Positions 38,170 to 48,299 of a stretch of 56,484 nt of DNA are shown here, in pieces. The translations under genes and the position numbers were made by a program. The notes below the pieces were generated by a model. It was not told where the DNA came from, searched no databases, and worked only from the letters and a program-made list of their open reading frames with translations. The stretch lies in IMG/VR virus record IMGVR_UViG_3300049437_000074, positions 1-56,484 of that record; one strand, written 5' to 3'. Source of the stretch: a virus. Lineage: Duplodnaviria; Caudoviricetes. Every line of letters begins with the position of its first letter. Position 1 is the first letter of the stretch.

Positions 38170-39609
38170 ATGACACACGCCTACGCACCCCCGCGCGGCA
38201 AATCCCTGACCACCTGGCAAATTCAGGCGATGGCAGAGATCGAGTGGCGGCGGAGGGAGGAAGAAGCGGCGGCTCCCGTTTATCAGCCTTACGGCGCGGT
38301 GGCTGATTTCTGGCAATCTGAAGCCAGGGAGGCCATTCTCAGCGGGCCAGCAGAGACCGGCAAGACACGCGGGGCATTAGAGAAGCTTCACCTGCTTTTG
38401 TCAAAGTATCCAAAATCACAGGCGGCTATGGTTCGCAAGCGGTACACCGACATGCCCGGCTCTTGTATTCAGACGTGGGAAAAAAAGGTGCTCGGTAACA
38501 AGTTGTCAGACACCGGCCCGATAACCAAGTACGGCGGCGAAAAGCCCCAATTTTACGATTATCCCAATGGCAGCCGGTTATGGGTTGGCGGGCTGGATAA
38601 TCCCGGCAAAGTCCTGTCAAGTGAGCGTGATTTCTTCTACGTAAATCAGGCAGAGGAATTAGATTTGACCGACTGGGAAACCATCACCACGCGAGCCACA
38701 GGCCGGGCCGGTAACGCGCCTTATTCGCAGATATTCGGTGATTGCAACCCTGGACCGCGCACCCACTGGATTTTAGAGCGAGCCAACGAAAACAAGCTGA
38801 AATTATTACACAGCCGCCATGAGGATAACCCCACACTGTTTGATCCTGTCACCGGCCTGATAACCCCACAGGGAATTATCACTCTGCAAATTCTTGACAA
38901 CTTAACCGGGATGCGCCATGCCCGATTGCGACTGGGTAAGTGGGTTAGCGCGGAAGGGTTGATTTACGGGGATTACTATGATCCGGCAACACATCTTGTA
39001 GACCCGTTTGACATCCCCGCCGATTGGCAGAGATTCCGCTGTATTGACTTTGGCCTTGTCCACCCGTTTGTTTGTGGATGGTGGGCAGTGGATGGTGACG
39101 GGCGGTTATACCTTTATCGGCAAATTTACATGACGGGCCGGACGGTGGCAACCCACGCCAAACAGATTAAAGAGCTATCGACAGATGAGCGCATTGTCCA
39201 GACGATTTGTGACCACGATGCGGAGGACAGGCAAACCCTGGCCGAAAATGGTATCCCCAATATTGCCGCCAAAAAGGATGTTTTACAAGGGATCGGTAAA
39301 GTTCAAGACCGGCTCAAAAAACAAGCCGATGGTAGACCGCGCCTTTACATCTTCAAAAATAGCTTAGTCGAGTTGGATTATAGCCTAAAGAATGACCATA
39401 AACCATACGCGGTAGAACAGGAATTTGACTCGTACCAGTGGGCAGATACGTTAAAAGAGCAGCCAGTCAAAAAGTATGATGACGGGATGGATATGAGCCG
39501 GTATATGATTATGTACTTTGAAGGTTATTCTCCTCCTGCCGGTCAAACTGTCAACAACATACCTGATGATACTTACAAAACCAGCCGACAGCGGCTAACG
39601 AGGCGATAA
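38170..39609 (+). CDS. terL: Terminase large subunit
   Basis: GPAETGKT, NQAEE, DCNP, CIDFG, DDGMDMSRY. Confidence 0.93.
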   Translation: MTHAYAPPRGKSLTTWQIQAMAEIEWRRREEEAAAPVYQPYGAVADFWQSEAREAILSGPAETGKTRGALEKLHLLLSKYPKSQAAMVRKRYTDMPGSCIQTWEKKVLGNKLSDTGPITKYGGEKPQFYDYPNGSRLWVGGLDNPGKVLSSERDFFYVNQAEELDLTDWETITTRATGRAGNAPYSQIFGDCNPGPRTHWILERANENKLKLLHSRHEDNPTLFDPVTGLITPQGIITLQILDNLTGMRHARLRLGKWVSAEGLIYGDYYDPATHLVDPFDIPADWQRFRCIDFGLVHPFVCGWWAVDGDGRLYLYRQIYMTGRTVATHAKQIKELSTDERIVQTICDHDAEDRQTLAENGIPNIAAKKDVLQGIGKVQDRLKKQADGRPRLYIFKNSLVELDYSLKNDHKPYAVEQEFDSYQWADTLKEQPVKKYDDGMDMSRYMIMYFEGYSPPAGQTVNNIPDDTYKTSRQRLTRR

Positions 39610-39610
39610 A

Positions 39611-41281
39611 ATGACAAACCTAATCCAGCGCACCTTTGAAGCAATCGGCCTAACTACTCAAGACCAACTTCAGGCCGAATTAACCCGCGCCGTTGAAGCG
39701 GTCACGGCCCAGACCGCCACCGAAAAGACCCGCGCTTACGAGGCCGGATTCTATGACGGTATGAACGGCAATGATGAGCCGGTTAGCGGGACGCTTGCCA
39801 GCTATGGCTATAGTCGCGTCTCTACCGGTAAGCGTGATTTTAGTAATATGTCACACGATCAGCTACTAAACATCGCCTGGATACTCTACCAATCCAACCC
39901 CCTAGCAAAGCGTTACCTTGAGATTGTGAGGGATCATATTCTAGGCCGGGGCGTCAAGCACACAACGGAAGATGAGCAGCTTAGAGAAATCTTTGACATC
40001 TTCTGGAAACGCAACAAAATGAGCGCTAACCTAAAGGACTTCGTTCCTCAAAAGCGTTCTTTTGGTGAGCAATGTTACCCGGCTTTTGTTCGTGAAAGTG
40101 ACGGACGGGTAACACTGGGCTACATAGACCCGTCCGACATAGAACACGTTGTCACTCACCCACAGAACGTATTAAAGCGGGTAGCAGTTATCCTCAAGTA
40201 TGATGCCACTAGTAGCCGGCGCAAAATGTACCGCATTATTACCGAAGATGAGGGCTATGTTCGGGGCAATCGGGTGATACTCCCTAAATTCGATGGCAAG
40301 CTCGTTACCCATACCCAGGTGGAAATTGAGCCATACGAACAACTGATGTTAGAGGCAAACGGCCTAACTGAGTACACCGGCTCCTGTTTTTACTACAGCG
40401 TTAATAATGTCAGCAATCAACCACGCGGGGTCAGTGACTTTTTGCAGGTGGCCGATTGGTTAGACGCCCACGATGAAACTCTATTCGCTATCGCAGACCG
40501 GGAACAAATGGCCGGGTATTTTAGTTGGGACGTGACCCTGGATAACATTGACGAGACAAAGGTAAAAGAGAAAGCGTCCGAAATACGTCAACGTATCCCT
40601 AAAAAAGGGCAGGTACTTGTCCATAATGATAAAGAGCATTGGGAGATGAAAGCCCCCGACCTTAAGCAGCAGGCCAGTATTGCCACGTCTGACGCCCTTA
40701 GTGACCTCGCTTGGGGTATGCTGGGGATGCCCAAAACCTGGCGCGGTATTGGAGAGGGTACAAACTACGCCAGCGGGCTAACAATGGGCGAGCCAACCCG
40801 TAAGAGTCTGGAAAGCAAACAGGATGACGCCAAAGATATGATTATAGAAATGCTCACCTTTGTGCGGGACCAGGCCGAAATAGCCGGTTACTACACCCCC
40901 CAAACCAAGCGCCAAATTACAACCCCCGATGGGGCCGAGCGCACTGAGGCCATAGAGCATCCCGGCGAATTTGATGTGACAATGCCAGAGATGAGTGCTA
41001 CCGATATGGGACAGGTGGCAACGGCACTACCTCAGATTGTCAATGCTCTGAGTGTGCTTGTCAACGATTTGCGGGTAGTTAGCCGGGATAGAGCAGCAGA
41101 GGTAACAGCTAAGATTTTAGCTGAAATCGGGATTAAATACGATGCTCATGAGGAATTGGAAGCGGTAGACAACGCCAAAGAAGATGATACCCCCGACGAT
41201 CTGGCAACCGCAGACGCGGCGAATAAATATTTGAATGGACTTTTGCAAGTCAACGGAAACGGTAAAGATGCCAACGCCTAA
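39611..41281 (+). CDS. Portal protein
   Basis: 556 aa after terL; NPLAKR...GRG, FGE, RGVSD motifs. Confidence 0.85.
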   Translation: MTNLIQRTFEAIGLTTQDQLQAELTRAVEAVTAQTATEKTRAYEAGFYDGMNGNDEPVSGTLASYGYSRVSTGKRDFSNMSHDQLLNIAWILYQSNPLAKRYLEIVRDHILGRGVKHTTEDEQLREIFDIFWKRNKMSANLKDFVPQKRSFGEQCYPAFVRESDGRVTLGYIDPSDIEHVVTHPQNVLKRVAVILKYDATSSRRKMYRIITEDEGYVRGNRVILPKFDGKLVTHTQVEIEPYEQLMLEANGLTEYTGSCFYYSVNNVSNQPRGVSDFLQVADWLDAHDETLFAIADREQMAGYFSWDVTLDNIDETKVKEKASEIRQRIPKKGQVLVHNDKEHWEMKAPDLKQQASIATSDALSDLAWGMLGMPKTWRGIGEGTNYASGLTMGEPTRKSLESKQDDAKDMIIEMLTFVRDQAEIAGYYTPQTKRQITTPDGAERTEAIEHPGEFDVTMPEMSATDMGQVATALPQIVNALSVLVNDLRVVSRDRAAEVTAKILAEIGIKYDAHEELEAVDNAKEDDTPDDLATADAANKYLNGLLQVNGNGKDANA

Positions 41282-42182
41282 ACAGCTTTACACTGCGGCC
41301 ATCAATGATACCATCAAGCGTTATCAATCCTTAGAGGTTGCCGCCGTACGGGGTATCATTGCCCAATTACAGCAGCTACGGAAGGATATTGCCGCCGATA
41401 TTCTAAACGCGCCCGACTTTACGGCCTCGCACTTGACCCGGCTAAAGCAGGAGCTTGATACCAGTATAGGCCGGTTTGAGCTTGAGATAAGTGGGGCCAT
41501 ACGGGATGACATCACCCGCGCTTATTACACCGGCATTGCCTCAGTAACCGAACCACTAGGGGCCATTGGCTATACCGTCGCTCCACTAAACCGGGCGCTG
41601 TTGAATACGTTACTCGACTTTTCATCTGTGCTTGTCCAGAATATAACCGGTGATATGCGGGCCAGGATAGATGCTCAATTGAGACTGTCAGCACTTGGAG
41701 CCAGAACACCCTTTGAGACAATGAGATATATCACCGACATTTTAGGGGTAACGGCAAAGGATGGTACGTGGGCTAAACGGCCCGATGTGGTTAGGGGGGT
41801 AGCGGTCAGAGCGGAGACAATCACTCGTACTGAACTAACCCGCATCCAAAATATAGCCAGGCATCAACAGCAATTAGAAGCGGCTGACATTGTACCCGGC
41901 CTAACCAAGCGTTGGCTGGCAACGGGTGACAGTCGTACCAGACCGGCCCATTTGCAGGCCCATATTGAGACAATGGTCGAGCCGATTCCGGTTGACCAGC
42001 CTTTTATCGTTGACGGTGAGGCGCTAATGTTCCCCGGCGATCCGGCAGGCAGCGCAGCTAATACGGCAAATTGCCGCTGCTCAGAAACGATGGTAGTAGC
42101 TGAAATCGGGGTAGTAAAAACTTCATTGGACAAAAACGTAGACGCTCAGGAGAAAGAACGGGATGCAAAGACAACGGGCTAA
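41268..42182 (+). CDS. Minor head protein (Mu gpF / SPP1 gp7-like)
   Basis: RAETITRTE, KRWLATGDSRTRPAH, FPGDP, NCRC. Confidence 0.9.
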   Translation: MPTPKQLYTAAINDTIKRYQSLEVAAVRGIIAQLQQLRKDIAADILNAPDFTASHLTRLKQELDTSIGRFELEISGAIRDDITRAYYTGIASVTEPLGAIGYTVAPLNRALLNTLLDFSSVLVQNITGDMRARIDAQLRLSALGARTPFETMRYITDILGVTAKDGTWAKRPDVVRGVAVRAETITRTELTRIQNIARHQQQLEAADIVPGLTKRWLATGDSRTRPAHLQAHIETMVEPIPVDQPFIVDGEALMFPGDPAGSAANTANCRCSETMVVAEIGVVKTSLDKNVDAQEKERDAKTTG

Positions 42183-42383
42183 CATTCGGCACAATGCGCG
42201 GCGCGGGTTACACGTCCGTACCACACCCACCGGCTTTATGTTTGTCTATTTGAATGAACAAAAGATTTGCAGGTACTACCCAGAGCGCCGGGTACTTGAA
42301 TTCAAGGATCACGGCAAGGGTGATAGCCGGATGACCGAGGCGACGGTGAGTGAATTTATAGAGGGACTGGGAAGGATAGCGGA

Positions 42384-42905
42384 ATGACCACCGTTCTAAC
42401 ATTTAATGACCTTGAAAAAATACAAGCTCTGAACCATCGCCAGAATAATGACGGTGTTGACTTTGGTTTCCATACTTGCTGTGATTATGTGGATTCCCTT
42501 GTAACCGAGGGTGACAAATCCGGCGTGGTTGTTTTTGTTGAGCCGCTTGGAAATATCACCAAATGGGGCGAGTCATTTACCTGGGTACTTGATTGGTGGA
42601 TTACGGTTTTTGAAGCTCAGCCCGCCGTTTGGGATTACATAGACGCCGGCCACTGGCTTAAAGACTTGTACGAGGATGATAACTTGAGCGACGATCCCGG
42701 CAAGGTTTGGCCGGTTGACCCGAAGCCCAGCGGAGTTAAGCCCGCATTAGAGCAAGCTATTAGCTCATTCACCGCGCCGCCTGTCTCATTTTCACCAGAG
42801 CAACGTCAGCAAATAGAGGAAATGATAAATCAGGAAAACAAAGTTGAGGCACAGCGCTTAATTCTTGATTTACTTGATAAAGAAATATCAAACAAAGGAG
42901 ATTAG
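42384..42905 (+). CDS. Hypothetical protein
   Basis: 173 aa, within a small-gene island between gpF and capsid. Confidence 0.55.
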   Translation: MTTVLTFNDLEKIQALNHRQNNDGVDFGFHTCCDYVDSLVTEGDKSGVVVFVEPLGNITKWGESFTWVLDWWITVFEAQPAVWDYIDAGHWLKDLYEDDNLSDDPGKVWPVDPKPSGVKPALEQAISSFTAPPVSFSPEQRQQIEEMINQENKVEAQRLILDLLDKEISNKGD

Positions 42906-43745
42906 CATGGCAGTTTATTTACCTTTACTCGTTGCCCTAATTGGGGTAATCCTTTGGGGCTTTTCAACAAATGGAAAGCTAATGGAAGCGGGTCGGATAA
43001 TGTTCTTTTGTGGGCTATTGGCCTTCCTGTTGACCGGACCAGGGCAGATGGTATCATTGTTAAGTTAAATGATAAATCAAGAATCGGTCAAAACAATCAT
43101 ATTTGAGATACATGCGGGCGGCGTGACTACTGATGGTAAAACACGATGGCCCAATCATCTGACCCTAAAAATGGATAGGTGGTTTGCTTTCGATTTGCTA
43201 TCCTCATTGGCTAATGGACTTAAAGATGAGGACAGACAGGAGTTTACGTTTTCTTGGACTGGTAAAGTAGAGCCTGAGTGACTACTCAAACCGCCGTCTG
43301 CCTCTGCTGTAACCGGCCTTTTTCAGTTGACGTGACACCCTACCCGATATTTGCCCAACCACTGGGTATTGTCGGCTGGTGCGTTGACTGCAATCCCGGC
43401 TTGACCCTGAGTACTAAACTAGGTATTATTACTGAGATAGTCAATAGTTGGCGGCGCAATCATCCCGGCGAATGGGACTATGATATGATTGAGAATGAGT
43501 GCTATAAGGTTGTTGAAAGAGGGGTAATGGTCAATGATATACCATCCTGACGCCAACCCGGTAGTTATAGTTGATGATGAATATGTTTTGCTCAGTGAAT
43601 TTAAGAAAGAACTTCGGATTATGGGGTTTGAGGCTGAGTATGTGAATGTTACAGGTTTGCTTGATACTAGAGATGTGTTTTTGGTATCAAAAATGACACG
43701 AATCGAGAGCGAGTGTCAGCGGGTGGTAGAGGGGGAGGTTATAAA

Positions 43746-43901
43746 ATGTTAGGCACAATCCTTATTATTGTCTTGATTCTCCTGTTACTTGGCGCGATTC
43801 CATCCTGGCCTCACAGTCAGAATTGGGGCTATGGCCCAAGCGGCGGGTTGGGGCTGGTATTGGTTGTTATTCTTATTCTGATTTTGCTAGGTAAGATTTA
43901 A
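43746..43901 (+). CDS. DUF3309-family small membrane protein
   Basis: MLGTILIIVLILLLLGAIPSWPHSQNWGYGPSGGLGLVLVVILILILLGKI; GGAGG RBS. Confidence 0.85.
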   Translation: MLGTILIIVLILLLLGAIPSWPHSQNWGYGPSGGLGLVLVVILILILLGKI

Positions 43902-43974
43902 TACTATTCTTGCCGGGCCGATTCTGGAAGGCGCAACAGGAGTTAAAGCGGCTGTATATTGGCCCGGCATACTC

Positions 43975-44018
43975 TGATATATCAGCCCCTTTACAACTTG
44001 GAAAACTTATGGTATAGT
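43975..44018 (+). promoter_or_regulatory. Late promoter 2 (capsid operon) with upstream TGATATATCA palindrome
   Basis: TGATATATCA-5-TTTACA-17-TATAGT with extended TG. Confidence 0.7.
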
Positions 44019-44095
44019 AAAGGTGTGGGACGGCAAGGTGAGCGCGGCAGTAGTAACCCACACCTAAATTAAATATCAGTTTTTGCAGAACCTTT

Positions 44096-44142
44096 AAGGT
44101 CGTTTGGCGGGGTCGCTCCCACCGAGCGGCCTTTTTTGTTTT
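44096..44142 (+). terminator. Leader terminator upstream of capsid genes
   Basis: AAGGTCGTTTGGCGGG...CCCACCGAGCGGCCTT plus T-run. Confidence 0.6.
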
Positions 44143-44153
44143 TGGGGTGAATT

Positions 44154-44630
44154 ATGAACGAAGCCGGCGCAAGAAATAACAAAACCGATCAGCAGCGCAT
44201 TAACGAGGCCCATGATACTTTGGTTTCATTGGGTGCTAACTGTCCGGGGATGAAGGAAGCGGCCAAACCAACTAAGCGCCAAAAGTTAGCAGCGCATTTC
44301 AAGCGCCAGGCCGAAGCGGTTAGTTATGATGCTATCAAGCGCAAAATCAGAGACAAACTTGAACTTATTTACCCTACTTCTCCTAATAGCGATTACCCTT
44401 ACATTTCAGAATTATTTGATGAATATGTCATCATTGAAATTCCTGGCCCTCGGTATGAGTATTGGCAAGCGGGCTATACCCTAAACGGTGAAACAATCGA
44501 ATTAGCTCCCCAAGTGGAATGGACAAAAGTCGAGCGTCAACAATCCTGGGTAGCAAAAACCGAGGCAAGACAGCGCAAGCGCGAGGCTCTAAAACGATGG
44601 GCTACAGAGAATACTCCGAAGCAAAAATAA
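44154..44630 (+). CDS. Head-module hypothetical protein
   Basis: EAGARNNKTDQQRINEAHD; ISELFDEYVI...YTL motif; overlaps the capsid gene start. Confidence 0.6.
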   Translation: MNEAGARNNKTDQQRINEAHDTLVSLGANCPGMKEAAKPTKRQKLAAHFKRQAEAVSYDAIKRKIRDKLELIYPTSPNSDYPYISELFDEYVIIEIPGPRYEYWQAGYTLNGETIELAPQVEWTKVERQQSWVAKTEARQRKREALKRWATENTPKQK

Positions 44631-46801
44631 AGCCAACTGACAACGCCACCGGCAAAGAGTGGGAAGTAACAATCATTGGCCCAAAGTCGGCGGCTGATAT
44701 TGTCACCGTTGACGGCAAAGAATATCTACTCTCCCTTAACAACCGGCTCTACGCCCTCGAAGGACTGGCTGCCTCAGTTGACCTTTGGGAAGGGGCGCAG
44801 GTTTATGACAACCACCTGACAAACCAGGAGTTTGAGGAAAAACAGGGGATGCGCAGCCCGATGCGTGAATGGCTGGGGGCTATCGTTAATCCGTTTTGGG
44901 ATGCAGCCAGTAAATCACTGAAGGGTTTCTTTCGGGTGGCCGATGAAGCGGCGGCGGCAAAGTTCAAAAACGCTTTCGATCTGGGCATCCTGAAAACCAT
45001 TGGCTTAAGTATTGATACAAAACCTATAGCAGTCGGTGAGGCAATCATACAGGGAATTGTCATGCCGCTGTTAAACGGTTTTGAGGAAATTTTTAGTTTA
45101 GATGTAGTGGGACGCCCGGCGGCGGGCGGCTCATTTGACCGTGTTATAGCCGCCGTAACCAATAACGAGAGGAAAAATACTATGGACGAAGAGCAAGTAA
45201 AGCAATTGATTGCTGACGCAGTCAGTGCGGCTCAGGCGGCTATCCCTGCAACCGTCAAGGCCGCCATTGCAGAGGCATTAGCCGAGGTCGAACCCGGCAC
45301 CCAAGAGGGAGAAACTACCCCCGCCCCAGAACTAACCCCTGCTATTGACCCCGCTACACAGCAGGCGCAGGCCGCAGCCCTGGCCGCTACCCAAGAGGCC
45401 CAACGCGCCCGCTGCGAGTTGATGTTAGAGCGCAAACTTGGCGCGGCCAAACTCAACGGGTTTGAGAAGTCAGTCCGGGAGGCGTTTGCCGGAAAAATCT
45501 TTGTTGAAGGCGAGTTGGATACGATGATTAAAAACCTCAAAGAAGCACAGGCGGCGCAAGACCCAACCGGACGTGTATCGGAGACCGGCACTACTCAGGT
45601 AACGCGGGTGATGGATGAGGCCGACAAGTACGGTCTTGAGTTAGCCCGGCTGATTATGGGTAACACCGACTTTAACCGCTTGCAGGGTGACAACCAAGAC
45701 CCGATGGTACAGGAGCGGTTACAAGAGGCTGATTTCTGGAAAGCCTGGAAGAAAGATGGTTTCTCAAAGCTCACCGGCCAATCAAGCCGAATGTCTACCC
45801 TGCTTGAACAGTGGTTCGGTGGCAATCCGCTCTTTGATCAGCGGGCAATGGAAACCGCGTCAACCTCTACTCTGGCCTCGGTAGTCAAAAATACCATTAA
45901 CATTATGGTAGCTGCTGACTATTCGCTGGCCCAACGCTGGTATGAGGCCATTGTCAGAATTGAGGAAGTGGACAACATTGACGATAGCACCCTAGTGCGT
46001 GTGTTCGGGGTCAACAATCTGTCAGTGGTTCCAGAAGGCGACGCTTACACCGAACTGGCCCTGGTTGACGAGGAAGAAACGGCCTCATTCGTGAAGAATG
46101 GCAACTATGTCGGGATCACATTAGAGGCAATGATGCGAGACAAGATCGGTTATGTTCGCACCATTCCCCGCCGGTTGTCTGATGCCTGGTACAACACGCT
46201 CTCCGCGATGGTCGCCGGCGTGTTTACCACCAACAGCGCCACCGGCCCGGTCCTGAGTGACACTGGTGCGTTATTTAATGCAACTGCCACGTCAAGCGCG
46301 GGTGGTCACGCCAACTTGTTGACAACGGCTCTTGGTTTGAGCGGTTACAGCGCGGCCCGTACCGCGATGCGAAAGCAAACCAACCAGCCGCTTGGGGCAG
46401 GGCGGCGCACTCAGCTTAACCCGCGTTATCTGTTAGTGCCGGAAGATTTGGAGACTACCGCTTTGCAAATTCGCAACAGTGAGTATACCCCAGGCAGCGC
46501 CAATAATGATGTCAACCCGTTCTATAACAAATTCGATGTCATCACCGTGCCCGACTGGACAGACGCCAACGACTGGGCTTTAGTGGCTGACCCGGCAAGC
46601 GCACCCGCCATCTTCCTTATCTTCCCTCGTGGCAACCGCACCCCTCAGTTATTCACGGCTGACAGTGAGACCGCCGGGGCGATGTTTACCAATGATGTTT
46701 TGCGCTTTAAGGTCAGAATGTTTAGTTACAGATTTAGCTCGACTTACAGTGTGGCCCCAGTTGCAGATTTTAGGCCGTTGCACAAGTCGAATATCGCCTA
46801 G
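44597..46801 (+). CDS. Fused prohead protease - scaffold - major capsid protein (Mu gpT-like)
   Basis: N-terminal NNRLY...H...GLSI...DVVGRPAAGG protease; Ala/Glu-rich scaffold; capsid C-terminus AARTAMRKQ...PRYLLVPEDLE...DWALVADP. Confidence 0.88.
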   Translation: MGYREYSEAKIKPTDNATGKEWEVTIIGPKSAADIVTVDGKEYLLSLNNRLYALEGLAASVDLWEGAQVYDNHLTNQEFEEKQGMRSPMREWLGAIVNPFWDAASKSLKGFFRVADEAAAAKFKNAFDLGILKTIGLSIDTKPIAVGEAIIQGIVMPLLNGFEEIFSLDVVGRPAAGGSFDRVIAAVTNNERKNTMDEEQVKQLIADAVSAAQAAIPATVKAAIAEALAEVEPGTQEGETTPAPELTPAIDPATQQAQAAALAATQEAQRARCELMLERKLGAAKLNGFEKSVREAFAGKIFVEGELDTMIKNLKEAQAAQDPTGRVSETGTTQVTRVMDEADKYGLELARLIMGNTDFNRLQGDNQDPMVQERLQEADFWKAWKKDGFSKLTGQSSRMSTLLEQWFGGNPLFDQRAMETASTSTLASVVKNTINIMVAADYSLAQRWYEAIVRIEEVDNIDDSTLVRVFGVNNLSVVPEGDAYTELALVDEEETASFVKNGNYVGITLEAMMRDKIGYVRTIPRRLSDAWYNTLSAMVAGVFTTNSATGPVLSDTGALFNATATSSAGGHANLLTTALGLSGYSAARTAMRKQTNQPLGAGRRTQLNPRYLLVPEDLETTALQIRNSEYTPGSANNDVNPFYNKFDVITVPDWTDANDWALVADPASAPAIFLIFPRGNRTPQLFTADSETAGAMFTNDVLRFKVRMFSYRFSSTYSVAPVADFRPLHKSNIA

Positions 46802-46806
46802 ATAAA

Positions 46807-47589
46807 CTAGGTATACATCATTTCAGTAAAGAGTTCTTGCCAGTATTTTCGGTTGTAATTGGTTTTAGGATGACAAGTATCGCAAAGGGTTATCAGGTTT
46901 AACGGATGGCACACGGCCTTATTGTAATTGATATGATGAATCGAAAAGGCTCTCTTTTGTTCAGTTTTGCCGCAAAGTCGGCAGGTGTAGTTATCTCTTT
47001 GCCTGATAACCTCTTTAATCGTTTGGGTAAACCCCTGATAGGTCGTGTTGATAAACTCGTTTTCCATAGAGAATTTGCCAGCGCACCTAGCAGAGCAAAA
47101 AGCTTTATTTCTACTTTGTACCGAAAAGTAAATCTTACCACATCCACCACATGTACGTTTAAGTTTTTTGCGACTTGCTACACCTTTGCACTTCGCGGAG
47201 CAATATTTCTTAGTACTTGGCTTAGCCCAAAAGGTGTTTTTGCAAATAGGACAAACCTTGTAAACCATCCTAGAGTGAGCAGAGCAGGTATAAGAGCAAA
47301 AGCGCTTATCCTCCAATGGCCTGCTCAAGAACGCTTTACCGCAAAACTCACAAGATTTGATCTGTTTGGTTTGCTTCCCAATGTTAGCACAGCGCCGGGA
47401 ACAAAAGCGCCCAAAGCCTCTGTCAATATCAAAACGATTTGTCTCAAACTCAATTTGGCAAATCTCGCAAGTTTTAATGATGGGTGGCTTACGCTTGGAT
47501 GCGGCAACGCACAACCGAGAGCAGAACTTCTTACGCAGGCGTGTAACTTCAAAAGATTGCCCACAACTTGGGCACATAGCGGCGGTCAT
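46807..47589 (-). CDS. Free-standing HNH endonuclease with tandem zinc-finger repeats
   Basis: Five CxxC...(F/Y)CSxxC repeats, then RDNYTCRLCG...HHINYNK...NLITLCDTCH; antisense to the structural operon. Confidence 0.9.
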   Translation of the reverse strand: MTAAMCPSCGQSFEVTRLRKKFCSRLCVAASKRKPPIIKTCEICQIEFETNRFDIDRGFGRFCSRRCANIGKQTKQIKSCEFCGKAFLSRPLEDKRFCSYTCSAHSRMVYKVCPICKNTFWAKPSTKKYCSAKCKGVASRKKLKRTCGGCGKIYFSVQSRNKAFCSARCAGKFSMENEFINTTYQGFTQTIKEVIRQRDNYTCRLCGKTEQKRAFSIHHINYNKAVCHPLNLITLCDTCHPKTNYNRKYWQELFTEMMYT

Positions 47590-47597
47590 GGTAACTC

Positions 47598-47708
47598 TCC
47601 CTATACGAGTTATTGTGTCCCTATAAGAAGTTTGGGGCAGCCAGTATAGGGAAACTGACTTTTCAGGTGAGTAGCTAATTCACCCTAGCCCTACAGTTAA
47701 TTATACCA
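47598..47708 (-). ncRNA. c4-like structured leader RNA of the HNH gene
   Basis: Extended -10 TGGTATAAT; three-way junction 47691-47634 whose loop UCCCUAUA is complementary to two downstream UAUAGGGA copies, one of which is the RBS. Confidence 0.55.
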
Positions 47709-47721
47709 TAGAAAGGGAACA

Positions 47722-48285
47722 ATGAAAACATTCAATAAACTTCTACCCTGGCTAATCGCCTTCTGTGTAATCATCCTGGGGGGTTATCTACTCGCCCCCC
47801 AGGCGTCAAGTCAAATCGAGGATGCAACCAACTTTACCGGCGTCCACATCAAGTCATCGGCGCTTGGCACAGCAACGCCTCAAAATATGATCTGGAATCA
47901 AGGCAATAGCCGGTCTTTCGAGATTAGAGACACAGGCGGCACTCCTGAAGTGGTGGTCAACTCAGCCGGGGCAATGACAATCAACAGCCTCACGCTATCA
48001 ACCGTAACCGCACCCGTTATCGGTTATCCTACCCCTGGCATCCTCTGTAACAAAAAGAGTAACACGATCACCGATACGGCGGCCTACACGTCAACCGTAA
48101 CCGCTATTACTACACCGGCCTGGGCAAGTTGCACTATGTCTACTATTACGGGGGACGCTGCTCATTGTGCGGCCTCGGTGGGTACACCGGGGGCGGTTAG
48201 TGTCATTGTGCGAAATGTAGCGACAACTCCCGTCGCTAACTCAGTTGGAGCACTGGTGTTTTGGGAAGTATGCGGAACTAATTAA
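47722..48285 (+). CDS. Signal-peptide/TM-bearing beta-rich protein in head module (decoration/fibre candidate)
   Basis: MKTFNKLLPWLIAFCVIILGGYLLAPQASS; Thr/Ala-rich. Confidence 0.55.
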   Translation: MKTFNKLLPWLIAFCVIILGGYLLAPQASSQIEDATNFTGVHIKSSALGTATPQNMIWNQGNSRSFEIRDTGGTPEVVVNSAGAMTINSLTLSTVTAPVIGYPTPGILCNKKSNTITDTAAYTSTVTAITTPAWASCTMSTITGDAAHCAASVGTPGAVSVIVRNVATTPVANSVGALVFWEVCGTN

Positions 48286-48299
48286 GGAGAATATAACCA

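Noticed and set aside
46906-47649. 247-aa plus-strand ORF overlapping the HNH gene
   Set aside because: No motif or RBS; shadow of the clearly motif-bearing minus-strand gene.
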